A stretch of DNA of 64,000 nucleotides. Origin: Alphaproteobacteria bacterium UBA6038. GTDB taxonomy: Bacteria; Pseudomonadota; Alphaproteobacteria; Micropepsales; Micropepsaceae. Every line of letters begins with the position of its first letter. The stretch's first letter is position 1. The notes below the pieces were generated by a model, which worked only from the letters and a program-made list of their open reading frames with translations, did no database searches and was not told the DNA's origin. The stretch spans positions 6,055 through 70,054 of the forward strand of contig DIZC01000104.1 of NCBI GenBank assembly GCA_002429315.1, given 5' to 3'. A program made the position numbers and the translations under genes. This document shows, in pieces, positions 52,737 to 62,036 of the stretch.

Positions 52737-54214
52737 GCGAGCCAACCGAATTCACCCTGGCTGAAGCGCGCGATGCGGTTCGCGCCAAGAAAATCTCGTC
52801 CGCGGACCTGACCAAGGCGTTCCTGTCTGCCGTGGAGTCGGCGCGCGCGCTGAATGCGTTCGTCACCGAGACGCCCGAGCGGGCCCTGGACATGGCAAAG
52901 GAGTCCGACGCGCGGATCGCGCGTGACGAAGCGCGGCCGCTGGAAGGGCTGCCGCTCGCGATCAAGGACCTGTTCTGCACCAAAGGGGTGCGGACGACGG
53001 CGGGCAGCCACATCCTGGGCAACTTCGTGCCGCCCTACGAATCTACGGTTACACAGAATCTGTGGGATGCCGGCGCGGTGATGCTGGGCAAGACCAATAT
53101 GGACGAGTTCGCCATGGGCTCATCCAACGAAACGAGCCACTTCAAGCCGGTGATCAATCCGTGGCGGGCGCGCAACTCCAACCAGAACTTGGTGCCGGGC
53201 GGATCGTCCGGCGGCTCGGCGGCGGCGGTGTCTGGCAGCCTGTGCCTCGCCGCGACCGGCACCGACACCGGTGGCTCGATACGCCAGCCGGCAGCGGTCG
53301 CCGGCATTGTCGGGATGAAGCCGACCTACGGGCGGTGCTCGCGCTGGGGCATCGTCGCGTTCGCGTCGTCACTCGATCAGGCAGGGCCGATGACCCGCAC
53401 CGTGCGCGACGCCGCCATCCTGCTCAGGCACATGGCGAGCGTGGACGAGAAGGATTCCACCAGCGTCGACCTTCCGGTGCCGGACTACGAGGCGACGTTA
53501 GGGAGTGGCGTAAAGGGACTCCGCATCGGCATTCCCACGGAATATCGCATCGACGGCGCGCCGCCAGAAATCGATGCGCTGTGGGCGAAAGGGGCCGAGT
53601 GGCTGAAGGCGCAGGGGGCGGAAATCATCGAAGTTTCTCTGCCGCACACGAAATACGCGTTGCCGGCCTATTATATTGTCGCCCCGGCGGAAGCCTCGTC
53701 CAATCTCGCTCGCTACGACGGCGTGCGCTATGGCCATCGCGCGGCGGGCACACAGGATCTCACTGAGCTGTACGAAAAGAGCCGCGCCGAAGGTTTCGGG
53801 CCGGAAGTCCGGCGCCGTATCCTGATCGGCACGTATGTTCTCTCAGCCGGCTATTACGACGCCTACTATTTGCGCGCGCAGAAGATCCGTACCTTGATCA
53901 AGCGCGATTTCGAGCAGGCGTTCGAGGCTTGCGACGTGCTGCTCACACCGGCCACGCCCGGCCCGGCCTTCGCGCTGGGTGAGAAGAGCAACAATCCCAT
54001 CTCCATGTACCTGAACGACGTGTTTACGGTGACGGTGAATCTCGCCGGGCTGCCGGCGATCTCGGTGCCGGCGGGGCTGACGGCGAACGGCCTGCCGCTT
54101 GGGCTTCAAATTATCGGCAAGGCGTTCGATGAAGCCACGGTGCTGCGCGCCGGCCGCTCGATCGAAGTGGCCGCGAACTTCAGCGCCAAGCCGCAGAAAT
54201 GGTGGACGGCATGA
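52733..54214 (+). CDS. gatA: Asp/Glu-tRNA amidotransferase subunit A
   Basis: [52 protein letters not shown]. Confidence 0.98.
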   Translation: MSEPTEFTLAEARDAVRAKKISSADLTKAFLSAVESARALNAFVTETPERALDMAKESDARIARDEARPLEGLPLAIKDLFCTKGVRTTAGSHILGNFVPPYESTVTQNLWDAGAVMLGKTNMDEFAMGSSNETSHFKPVINPWRARNSNQNLVPGGSSGGSAAAVSGSLCLAATGTDTGGSIRQPAAVAGIVGMKPTYGRCSRWGIVAFASSLDQAGPMTRTVRDAAILLRHMASVDEKDSTSVDLPVPDYEATLGSGVKGLRIGIPTEYRIDGAPPEIDALWAKGAEWLKAQGAEIIEVSLPHTKYALPAYYIVAPAEASSNLARYDGVRYGHRAAGTQDLTELYEKSRAEGFGPEVRRRILIGTYVLSAGYYDAYYLRAQKIRTLIKRDFEQAFEACDVLLTPATPGPAFALGEKSNNPISMYLNDVFTVTVNLAGLPAISVPAGLTANGLPLGLQIIGKAFDEATVLRAGRSIEVAANFSAKPQKWWTA

Positions 54215-55719
54215 GCGAACGCGGGGCAAGGCTTATCAAAGGGGCGACCGGTGAATGGGAAATCGTCATCGGTATGGAAGTCCATGCGCAGGTGCTGTCC
54301 AACGCCAAGCTGTTCTCCGGCGCGGCCACCACCTTCGGCGCCGAACCGAACTCGCAAGTGAGCTTCGTGGATGCGGCGATGCCGGGCATGCTGCCGGTGA
54401 TCAACCGGAAGTGCGTCGAGCAGGCGATCCGCACTGGCCTGGGCCTAAAGGCCACAATCAACCACCGCTCGGTGTTCGACCGGAAGAACTACTTTTATCC
54501 CGACCTGCCCGCCGGCTATCAGATCTCCCAGTACAAGCAGCCGATCGTGGGCGCGGGCGAGGTCACCATCGATCTGCCGAACGGCGAAAGCCGCCGCGTC
54601 GGTATCGAGCGGCTGCATCTGGAGCAGGACGCCGGAAAGAGCCTGCACGATCAGCATCCGGATTACTCGTATGTCGATCTCAACCGCGCGGGCGTGGCGC
54701 TGATGGAGATCGTCACCAAGCCTCACATGCGTGGTAGCGAAGAAGCGGCCGCCTTCCTGCGCAAGCTGCGCGCCATCGTGCGCTACCTAGGCACCTGCGA
54801 CGGCAACATGGACGAGGGCTCGATGCGCGCCGATGTGAACGTCTCGGTCTGCCGGATCGGTGGCTACGATAAATTCCGCGAAACAGGCGAGCTCAAACAC
54901 CTGGGCATCCGCTGCGAGATAAAGAACGTGAACTCCATGCGGTTCATCGCGCAGGCGGTCGAATACGAGGCGCGGCGTCAGGTCGATATCCTGGAATCGG
55001 GCGGCACCATCGCTCAGGAGACGCGGCTGTTCGATGCCCGTGCCGGTGAGACCCGCTCCATGCGCTCCAAGGAAGAGGCACACGACTACCGCTATTTCCC
55101 CGACCCCGATCTGCTGCCGCTGGAAATCGATCAGGCGTGGATCGACGAGATTGCCCGCTCGCTGCCCGAGCTACCGGATGAGAAGAAGGCGCGGCTCATG
55201 GCGGCTGGGCTGTCGGCTTACGACGCGGCAGTGCTGGTCGCAGAGAAGGAGACCGCGGATTACTTCGAGGCGATGGTCGCGGAGGGCGTCGAGGCAAAGG
55301 CCGCGGCCAACTGGCTGAACAACGAGTATTTCGGCCGCCTCAATAAGGCTGGGCTGACGGTCACCACCGGGCCAGTAACGCCGGCGCAGCATGCCGCCAT
55401 CCTTGAGATGGTCGCCTCCAACATCATCTCCGGCAAGATCGCGAAGGACGTGCTCGATATCGTCTGGCAGGAAGGCGGCGATCCGCGCGCCCATGTCGAG
55501 GCGCGAGGGTTGCGCCAGGTCACCGACACGTCCGCCATCGAAGCCGCCGTCGACGCAGTGATCGCCGCCAATCCCGACAAGGTCGAAGAGGCGAAGAAGA
55601 AACCGAAACTCGCGGCATGGTTCGTCGGTCAGGTGATGAAGGAGACGCGCGGAAAAGCGAATCCGCAGGCGGTGAACGCCATCGTGAATGACCGGCTGGG
55701 AATCGCCGACGGCGGGTGA
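54211..55719 (+). CDS. gatB: Asp/Glu-tRNA amidotransferase subunit B
   Basis: [57 protein letters not shown]. Confidence 0.98.
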   Translation: MSERGARLIKGATGEWEIVIGMEVHAQVLSNAKLFSGAATTFGAEPNSQVSFVDAAMPGMLPVINRKCVEQAIRTGLGLKATINHRSVFDRKNYFYPDLPAGYQISQYKQPIVGAGEVTIDLPNGESRRVGIERLHLEQDAGKSLHDQHPDYSYVDLNRAGVALMEIVTKPHMRGSEEAAAFLRKLRAIVRYLGTCDGNMDEGSMRADVNVSVCRIGGYDKFRETGELKHLGIRCEIKNVNSMRFIAQAVEYEARRQVDILESGGTIAQETRLFDARAGETRSMRSKEEAHDYRYFPDPDLLPLEIDQAWIDEIARSLPELPDEKKARLMAAGLSAYDAAVLVAEKETADYFEAMVAEGVEAKAAANWLNNEYFGRLNKAGLTVTTGPVTPAQHAAILEMVASNIISGKIAKDVLDIVWQEGGDPRAHVEARGLRQVTDTSAIEAAVDAVIAANPDKVEEAKKKPKLAAWFVGQVMKETRGKANPQAVNAIVNDRLGIADGG

Positions 55720-55952
55720 TTCGCACATTTTCAAGCGGTTGACGCCGGCGCGCAGTTGGGGCAGGATTCTTCATCCGCACACGGACGACGTGCTGGATTG
55801 CTGCAAAACATTGGATTTTACGCGATTGCCTCAGACCGTGCACACCGTTGTGCAGCGCCGCTATTGCATCGTTAAGAAAAATTCTTCCATATTCTCAACG
55901 TTTTGGGGGGTGCGAGTCGCACTTGCCTCAAACGCAAGAGGAGTCGTTTGAC

Positions 55953-56075
55953 ATGCCAATGACGTCAAAAAAGAGAAAGACTGCGAAGAAGACGACGCGC
56001 AAAGCGGCGTCCGCGCGCGGCGCAGCTCGCAAGACGAGCGGTCGCAAGGCGAAGCGCAAGGCGAAGCGCAAGTAG
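55953..56075 (+). CDS. Very small Lys/Arg-rich protein, 40 aa (histone H1/protamine-like composition)
   Basis: GAGGAG RBS at 55938-55943; MPMTSKKRKTAKKTTRKAASARGAARKTSGRKAKRKAKRK; 19/40 K+R, no acidic residue. Confidence 0.7.
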   Translation: MPMTSKKRKTAKKTTRKAASARGAARKTSGRKAKRKAKRK

Positions 56076-56083
56076 TCGCAGCC

Positions 56084-56467
56084 ATGGCGAAAGCCGCGGC
56101 TACTTCCTCGCGCAAGCGCAAAGGTGTAGCCGCGGCCAAGCCATCCCAAACTCAATCCAAATCCTCTCCGCGCGCCGGACGGCTCCCTCCCAAACCGATC
56201 GAGCTCTACCACTGGCACACCGAACGGCTCCATCGCCGACTTGGCCTGCATCGGCTGGGTGCTCGCAGGTGTCCGCACACCGGCCAGAATCTCGACGACC
56301 TTCCGCACCTCAAAAATTGGGTCGAACGCTTGCGCGCCCGCCCCGCGGTCCAACGCGGCCTGGCGCTCGGGCGGGAACTTCGCCAGGCGCAGGCGAGCGA
56401 TCCCAAGGCACAGGAAGACGCACGGAAGATCCTTTTCGGCCAGCGTGCGCGCTCGACCGCCGGATAG
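56084..56467 (+). pseudogene. Internally deleted glutathione S-transferase (YfcG/YghU-like) remnant
   Basis: N-terminal IELYHW and (shifted frame) PNG joined directly to C-terminal SIADLACIGW, then GQNLDDLPHLKNWVERLRARPAVQRG...ILFGQ. Confidence 0.8.
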
Positions 56468-56611
56468 CGCCGCCACACTTTTGCTCAAAATAGGCTGAAC
56501 GGGCGTTAACCGCCCCTTAGCTTCTTCGCGGCCACCATCGAGTCGCGCCAGGGAATGGACCCGTGGGCGCGAGAGGGAAAGGGCCGGGTAGCCGGCCGGA
56601 GGGGGATCGCG

Positions 56612-56893
56612 ATGGCGTGCATCGATATCGACGCGCTGACGCAATATGAGAACGACGCGCGCAAGGGGCGGCCCGACGCGCTCTACAATCTCGGCCTTGC
56701 CTATTCGACCGGGCAGGGGGTGAGCGTGGACTACGTCGCCGCGCACAAATGGTTCAACCTTGCGGCGATGCGCGGCAGCGAGATCGCGAAAAGCTGGCGG
56801 GCGCAGATTTCGGCCGAGATGAGCTCGAGCCAGATCGCCGAAGCGCAGCGCCTTGCCCGCGAGTTTCTGTCGTTCTTCAAGAGCGCGGTCTGA
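56612..56893 (+). CDS. Small Sel1-repeat protein
   Basis: DALYNLGLAYSTGQGVSVDYVAAHKWFNLAA, AEMSSSQIAEAQRLAR; GGAGGGGG upstream. Confidence 0.9.
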   Translation: MACIDIDALTQYENDARKGRPDALYNLGLAYSTGQGVSVDYVAAHKWFNLAAMRGSEIAKSWRAQISAEMSSSQIAEAQRLAREFLSFFKSAV

Positions 56894-56896
56894 CGC

Positions 56897-59083
56897 TCAC
56901 TTGTCGGCGACCGACTGCGGCGCCGCATTTTCCGCGCGCGCCGGCGGCACCGGCAACGGCCGCACATCTGGCGCCCGGGGGCGGTAAAGGTCCACCAGGA
57001 TTCGCAGAGGCTCGTCGCGCCCCGACAGCCGGTTTCGATACACCTCGGTATTTTCCAGCACCCGCTGCACGTAATTTCGCGTCTCGGTGAACGGGATCTC
57101 CTCGATCCAGTCGATCGGATTCACCGCCGGGCTGCGCGGATCGCCGAAGGTTGCGAGCCAACGGTTCACATTCGTTTTGCCGGCGTTGTAGGCGGCGGCG
57201 GCCAGAATGTAGGATCCCCCATAGCGCGAAAGATCGTCCGCCAGCTCCACCATGCCGAGCCGCGCATTGTAAACGGGATCGCTGAGAAGATCGTTCGGGC
57301 GGTAGCCGAATCCGGCGAGCCCCGCGTCGTGCTTTGCAGAGGCCGGCATCAGCTGCATCAGCCCGCGCGCACCGGCGCCGCTTACCGCCGCCGGATCGAA
57401 TTCGGTTTCCTGGCGGATGATCGCGAGCACGAAAGCCGGCTCCGGCGCATATCCCGGTCCGACATAGCCAGGCACCGCAATCACCGGATGCAGATAGGCG
57501 TCGAGCGGCACCCCATTGTAGTTGGCGGTCTTCGCCACCCGCACCGCGACATCCGGGAAGCCCATGCTGGCCAGATCGGCCGCGAGCAGCTTCAGGTGAT
57601 GCGCTTCGGGATGCGTTTCCGCATCGTAGGTCGCGAACACGCGCAGCATGCTCACCAGCCCAAGATCGCCCAGCACGTGAATGGCGCGCGTGAGTTCGTG
57701 GCTTTGGTAGCTTGTCAGCTCCGCAGCCGTGGTTTCGACCGGCAGGTCGCGCAGATGCAGCGTGGGGGTTGCATCGAGCTTGGCGAGCGCAAGCTGGCCA
57801 TAGAAGGTTTCGGAGAACTGCGCCGCTAGCCGGTAATCCTCGCGCGCCTGCGTGTATTCGCCGGCTGCCTCGCTCGCCCGTCCCGCCCAGTAATACGCGC
57901 GCGATTTGCTGATCGGCCGCGACACGGTTCTGGCGAGATTCAGGAAATGGGTGTGCGCCTCGCGCGGGTTGCGCAAAAAGCGCAAATCCAGCCAGCCGGC
58001 GAGAAACTGCGCATCGGCATATTCATTCCCGGCGGACAGGCCGCTGTACTCAATGAGTGTGTGCGCGGTCTGAAAGCTGCGCTTCTGAATGGCGGTGCGT
58101 GCGGCGCTATTGATCTCGCCCCACCATTTGCCGGGATCGATCTGCGCCATGTCGCGCGTGGGCGTGCGCGAGAGCAGCGACGGGATGTCATCCACCTGGT
58201 TCTGCTGGCGGAGCATCTTGGCGCGGTCGAACAGCACGCCAGGATCGTTCTGCAGCGGCGGCGGCAGCGCCTTGATGAGATCCATCCCCCGCCAGGGATT
58301 GTCGCGCAAGGCAAGGCGCGCCTGCGCGAGCTGCTGGGCATCCGCCGGCACCCGCGCCATCTCGCGCCTGGCGGCAGTGATCTCGCCCTCGAACAGCAGC
58401 CGGTTGAGCCGCGCGCGATCCACATCCGGCGTGAGAACGTCGCCGTGGCGGCGGATGATGTCGTATTCCTGGTTGAGGTCGAAATCGCCGTGGATCCAGG
58501 CGTCCTGGATGAGTGCCCGGCCTCGCGTCGCGTTGCCGGTCGCCAAACAGGCTTCGCCCAGCCGCACCTTGCCGATGTTCGACACCGGATCGCGGCCGGA
58601 GAAGAAGGCGATCACCGTGTGCGGCTCCGTGTTCGGATCCATGGCCGCTTCGGCGCGGGCGAACAGCACGTCGCGCGACGGCCACTCCGGATTGGCGCGC
58701 AGGAAGGCGGCGATCTCCGCAAAGGTGGCGCCGCTGTTCTTGTCCATCAGATAGCGCCACTCGACGATCCGACGTGCCGTTGCATCGTGGCCCTGATTGG
58801 CCAGCCCCCGCGCCGCGATCCAGTCGCCGCGCTCGGCCGCTGCGAACGCCTTCAGATAGAGGTCGTGGTCCTGCGCGCTGAGCACGCGGATTCGTCCCTG
58901 CCGGCGTTCGGCATTCAGCCCCGGCACGCTGCCGGCATCGGCAATCGGCGCCATCATGACGGCGTTGCCCTTCTGGAACAGACCGGTGGGCAGATTGAGG
59001 TGGACGGCGGATTGCGCGAAAGCAGACGCGGCGCCAAAGACGATGGCGACGCCCAGAAGAAGCAGGGCTCGAAAACGCGTCAT
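56897..59083 (-). CDS. Soluble lytic murein transglycosylase (Slt70-like)
   Basis: Signal peptide, helical repeats, IIRQETEF (catalytic Glu), GARGLMQLMP, AAYNAG, ETRNYVQRV. Confidence 0.93.
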   Translation of the reverse strand: MTRFRALLLLGVAIVFGAASAFAQSAVHLNLPTGLFQKGNAVMMAPIADAGSVPGLNAERRQGRIRVLSAQDHDLYLKAFAAAERGDWIAARGLANQGHDATARRIVEWRYLMDKNSGATFAEIAAFLRANPEWPSRDVLFARAEAAMDPNTEPHTVIAFFSGRDPVSNIGKVRLGEACLATGNATRGRALIQDAWIHGDFDLNQEYDIIRRHGDVLTPDVDRARLNRLLFEGEITAARREMARVPADAQQLAQARLALRDNPWRGMDLIKALPPPLQNDPGVLFDRAKMLRQQNQVDDIPSLLSRTPTRDMAQIDPGKWWGEINSAARTAIQKRSFQTAHTLIEYSGLSAGNEYADAQFLAGWLDLRFLRNPREAHTHFLNLARTVSRPISKSRAYYWAGRASEAAGEYTQAREDYRLAAQFSETFYGQLALAKLDATPTLHLRDLPVETTAAELTSYQSHELTRAIHVLGDLGLVSMLRVFATYDAETHPEAHHLKLLAADLASMGFPDVAVRVAKTANYNGVPLDAYLHPVIAVPGYVGPGYAPEPAFVLAIIRQETEFDPAAVSGAGARGLMQLMPASAKHDAGLAGFGYRPNDLLSDPVYNARLGMVELADDLSRYGGSYILAAAAYNAGKTNVNRWLATFGDPRSPAVNPIDWIEEIPFTETRNYVQRVLENTEVYRNRLSGRDEPLRILVDLYRPRAPDVRPLPVPPARAENAAPQSVADK

Positions 59084-59223
59084 TTCAGTCCGTGAATGAG
59101 GAGTGGGCCGCATCAGATTCGCCCCGCGCAAGAATACTGTTTACAGCTTGCATCGACCAGCGCGCCTTGCCGCTTTGCCGCAGCGGGCGTTAATTTTGCA
59201 ACGAGATTTGATGGGTTTTCCGC

Positions 59224-60114
59224 ATGCGCAACATTGGCGAGCGCCTCAGAGGTTCTCTTCCCGCCCTCATCACGCCGATGAAGAACGACACGGTGGATGA
59301 CGCTGCGTTCCGCCAATTGGTGGCCTGGCAAATTGCCGAAGGCAGCCACGGGCTCGTGCCCTGCGGCACCACCGGCGAATCTCCAACGCTCAGCCATGAA
59401 GAGCACATGTGGGTGATCGAGATGTGCGTGCGGGAGGCGAACGGGCGCGTGCCGGTGATTGCGGGCGCGGGCTCCAATTCCACCGCCGAGGCGCTGATGC
59501 TGACCAAGCACGCCAAGGAGGTCGGCGCCGACGCGGTGCTGTCTGTTACCGGTTATTACAACAAGCCGTCGCAGGAGGGCATCTACCATCACTACGCGAC
59601 CATCGCGGAGGAGGTCGACATTCCGATCGTCCTCTACAATATCCCCGGTCGCGCGGTGGTGGAGATTGCCGTCGAGACGATGGCGCGGCTGTCCCAGATC
59701 CCCAACATCGTGGGGGTGAAGGACGCGACCGCCAATCTGGCGCGGCCCTCGCGCGAACGGCTGGCGTGCGGCAAGGAATGGCGGCTGCTGTCCGGCGAGG
59801 ACGCCACCGCGCTCGGCTACATGGCGCATGGCGGGCACGGCTGCATCTCGGTGACGGCGAACGTCGCGCCGAAGCTGTGCGCGCAATTCCAGGACGCCTG
59901 CATGCGTGGCGATTTCGCCGCCGCGCGCGAGTTTCAGGATCGGCTTATGCCGCTGCACGATGCGCTGTTCTGCGAGCCGAGCCCGGCGCCTGTGAAGTAC
60001 GCCGCTTCGCTGCTCGGGCTCTGTCACAACGAAGTCCGCGCGCCGATGATGCCGGCCACCGAAGCCGCGCAGGCGAAGGTGCGCGACGCCATGATCGCCG
60101 CAGGGCTGTTGTAG
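59224..60114 (+). CDS. dapA: 4-hydroxy-tetrahydrodipicolinate synthase
   Basis: [40 protein letters not shown]. Confidence 0.97.
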   Translation: MRNIGERLRGSLPALITPMKNDTVDDAAFRQLVAWQIAEGSHGLVPCGTTGESPTLSHEEHMWVIEMCVREANGRVPVIAGAGSNSTAEALMLTKHAKEVGADAVLSVTGYYNKPSQEGIYHHYATIAEEVDIPIVLYNIPGRAVVEIAVETMARLSQIPNIVGVKDATANLARPSRERLACGKEWRLLSGEDATALGYMAHGGHGCISVTANVAPKLCAQFQDACMRGDFAAAREFQDRLMPLHDALFCEPSPAPVKYAASLLGLCHNEVRAPMMPATEAAQAKVRDAMIAAGLL

Positions 60115-60130
60115 GAATGGTTCCTCGCTT

Positions 60131-60239
60131 GTCATGGCCCGCGAAAGCCGGCCACCCAGTAAGCGCGCGTCCGCGCGCTGGTGAGTCATTGGGACGCAGA
60201 CGCGCCCCGCTGGGTGGCCCGGTCAAGCCGGGCCATGAC
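60131..60239. repeat. REP-like inverted repeat (GTCATGGCCC family)
   Basis: Left arm GTCATGGCCCGCGAAAGCCGGCCACCCAG (60131-60159); right arm is the reverse complement of GTCATGGCCCGGCTTGACCGGGCCACCCAG (60210-60239). Confidence 0.85.
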
Positions 60240-60262
60240 AGTGTGGGGCAGGTAGATCGCTG

Positions 60263-60736
60263 ATGGCTAAAAAGAAGGACGACGGGCGGAAGGTCGTAGC
60301 CGACAACCGCAAGGCGCGCTACGCCTACGCCATCGAGTCGACGCTCGAGGCCGGGCTGCAGCTGATGGGCTCGGAGGTGAAGAGCTTGCGCTCCGGCAAG
60401 GCGAACATCGGCGAATCCTATGCGCAGGCGAAGGACGGCGAGATCTTTCTCGTCAACGCCTATATCCCCGAATACACCATGGCCAACCGCTTCAATCACG
60501 AGCCGCGGCGGCCGCGCAAGCTGCTGGTACACAAGGGCGAAGCGAAGAAGCTGTCGATCGCCATCCAGCGCGAGGGCATGACGCTGATTCCGTTGCGCGT
60601 TTATTTCACGCCCAAGGGTGTCGCGAAATGCGAGTTGGGCGTGGCGCGCGGCAAGAAGCTGCACGACAAGCGCGAGACGGAAAAACAGCGCGACTGGCAG
60701 CGCGACAAGGCTCGCCTGATGCGCCAGAAGGGGTGA
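60263..60736 (+). CDS. smpB: SsrA-binding protein
   Basis: [41 protein letters not shown]. Confidence 0.98.
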   Translation: MAKKKDDGRKVVADNRKARYAYAIESTLEAGLQLMGSEVKSLRSGKANIGESYAQAKDGEIFLVNAYIPEYTMANRFNHEPRRPRKLLVHKGEAKKLSIAIQREGMTLIPLRVYFTPKGVAKCELGVARGKKLHDKRETEKQRDWQRDKARLMRQKG

Positions 60737-60834
60737 ACCGCGAATCGCGAATGGCGAGTAGCGGGCGGGAATCGGAACTGTTCGGCGAAGAGTGACCCCG
60801 CGCCAAGTCCGCCGCGCCGCCAAATTTTCGATCT

Positions 60835-60945
60835 CACGCGGAGGTCGCGGAGGTCGCGGAGAAAGAAGACTCCCCATCTCCTGGCGCCGATCGGAGTCGC
60901 ATCGCACGTTGATGATTCCCTCCGCGCCTCCGCGTCCTCCGCGTG
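60835..60945. repeat. REP-like inverted repeat (CACGCGGAG family)
   Basis: CACGCGGAGGTCGCGGAGGTCGCGGAG (60835-60861) vs reverse complement of 60920-60945 CACGCGGAGGACGCGGAGGCGCGGAG. Confidence 0.8.
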
Positions 60946-60999
60946 CCAAAGTTGTTTTCACGCGGTGCCGCAAAGAACGCGGAGGAGATTCGCGGTGCT

Positions 61000-61243
61000 T
61001 CAACACCGCGAGCAGTTCAACAAGTCTCGTGCGCTTCGCGTTCAGTTCCCGCAGCGCGAGTTCGAAATGGGCGCGGGCGAGGAGGGCGCGGGTTTCGCGC
61101 CGCCATTGCGCGATGCGGCGACGGATTGCTTTGCACTCGGCCGTATACCGTCCATGCTTCAGCCGGTTGCGGTTGCCGGGTGGCGCTCCCACCCGTGGGT
61201 GCCACACGTCCTCTGGACGCAACATCTTGAACGTTGAAGTCAC
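61000..61243 (-). CDS. Probable small protein with GAPxGNxNxxKHG motif; 3' end undefined
   Basis: GTGA overlap with upstream stop; GAPPGNRNRLKHGRYT then a basic helix; frame stays open through repeats to 59945, so the end given is approximate. Confidence 0.45.
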
Positions 61244-61527
61244 TGTTGCATTGACCGGGGGGAGGGGGGCCTCTCATCCTGCCCGCCTTCATGCTGAATG
61301 ATCTGGCGCAGCTGCTTTTCGTCCGGCTGCAAGCCGCCGCGCAAACGCCCAACCATCTTCGCGACATTGGCCGATGAGTTCATCATCGAGACGATGCGGT
61401 CCATGAAGTTGTTGCAGTTGTACGGATCGGTGTCGTTGCGCGCGACGTAGTGGGCGAGGTGGTCGATAATACCGACGCACGTGGCGATCTGCCTCTCCAG
61501 CAGCACATCCGTACTGCCTTCCGGCAC
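61240..61527 (-). CDS. Hypothetical protein, about 95 aa (or C-terminal half of a frameshifted gene)
   Basis: Host-like codons, DVLLERQIATCVGIIDHLAHY; possible GTG at 61527 two nt after the upstream TGA. Confidence 0.55.
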   Translation of the reverse strand: MPEGSTDVLLERQIATCVGIIDHLAHYVARNDTDPYNCNNFMDRIVSMMNSSANVAKMVGRLRGGLQPDEKQLRQIIQHEGGQDERPPSPRSMQQ

Positions 61528-61529
61528 TC

Positions 61530-61859
61530 TCAGCGGCGGCAGCCGACCGTTGATGTCGCCTGTTGTTTCGTGCTGCCGGTTTCGAAACCGTAGCCGTGAT
61601 CGAGGGCATCTGCGGTATTTGCGTAACCGGCCTTCTCGGCCTCCGATGTGTCGGCGGCCGGCCATGTCGGGCAGCCTCGCGGAATGTACGGCTTCCCCTC
61701 CTCTCGGGCGAACGCCTCGTCGGCCCTGTCGAGCTGATAGTCTTTGAACCGGAACGCGTCCTCGTCCGAGAGGTGCGCGGGCACCCGCATATCGTGGATT
61801 TCCGCGGCTGTTTTGCCTTCGAACATAGCCGCCCATTCCGGCGGGATTCCCTGTTCCAT
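61530..61859 (-). CDS. Hypothetical protein, 109 aa, downstream of an SOS box
   Basis: AAGGGAG RBS 9 nt before ATG 61859; clear promoter upstream. Confidence 0.7.
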   Translation of the reverse strand: MEQGIPPEWAAMFEGKTAAEIHDMRVPAHLSDEDAFRFKDYQLDRADEAFAREEGKPYIPRGCPTWPAADTSEAEKAGYANTADALDHGYGFETGSTKQQATSTVGCRR

Positions 61860-61881
61860 GTGTTTGCACTCCCTTGTTGAG

Positions 61882-61915
61882 GAACCAATATGGAACGCGG
61901 ATAGTAGGATGTCAA
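61882..61915 (-). promoter_or_regulatory. Sigma70-like promoter with LexA box over the -10
   Basis: Minus strand TTGACA (61910-61915), 17 nt, CATATT (61887-61892); GTTC-catattg-GTTC at 61882-61896. Confidence 0.85.
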
Positions 61916-62036
61916 GCTGAGATAGGACAATTAGGTCTGAAATGTTCGGTCATATCGCGCCATCTACATTAATATTCCGCCTATTATCCTATTCTCTCGG
62001 TCTCGCCGACGGGCCGGCGGCGTGCGAGGCTGAAGC

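Noticed and set aside
54850-54910. Short insertion in GatB ([14 protein letters not shown])
   Set aside because: Similar inserts are, from recall, present in other alphaproteobacterial GatB proteins.
60737-61240. tmRNA (ssrA) or an integrase attachment site next to smpB
   Set aside because: No tRNA-like acceptor/T-arm or tag-peptide frame recognised, and no integrase; a covariance-model search would be needed to exclude a permuted tmRNA.
59945-61243. 432-aa minus-strand ORF as one real protein
   Set aside because: Only the first ~80 aa look protein-like; the rest translates REP repeats and the antisense of smpB.
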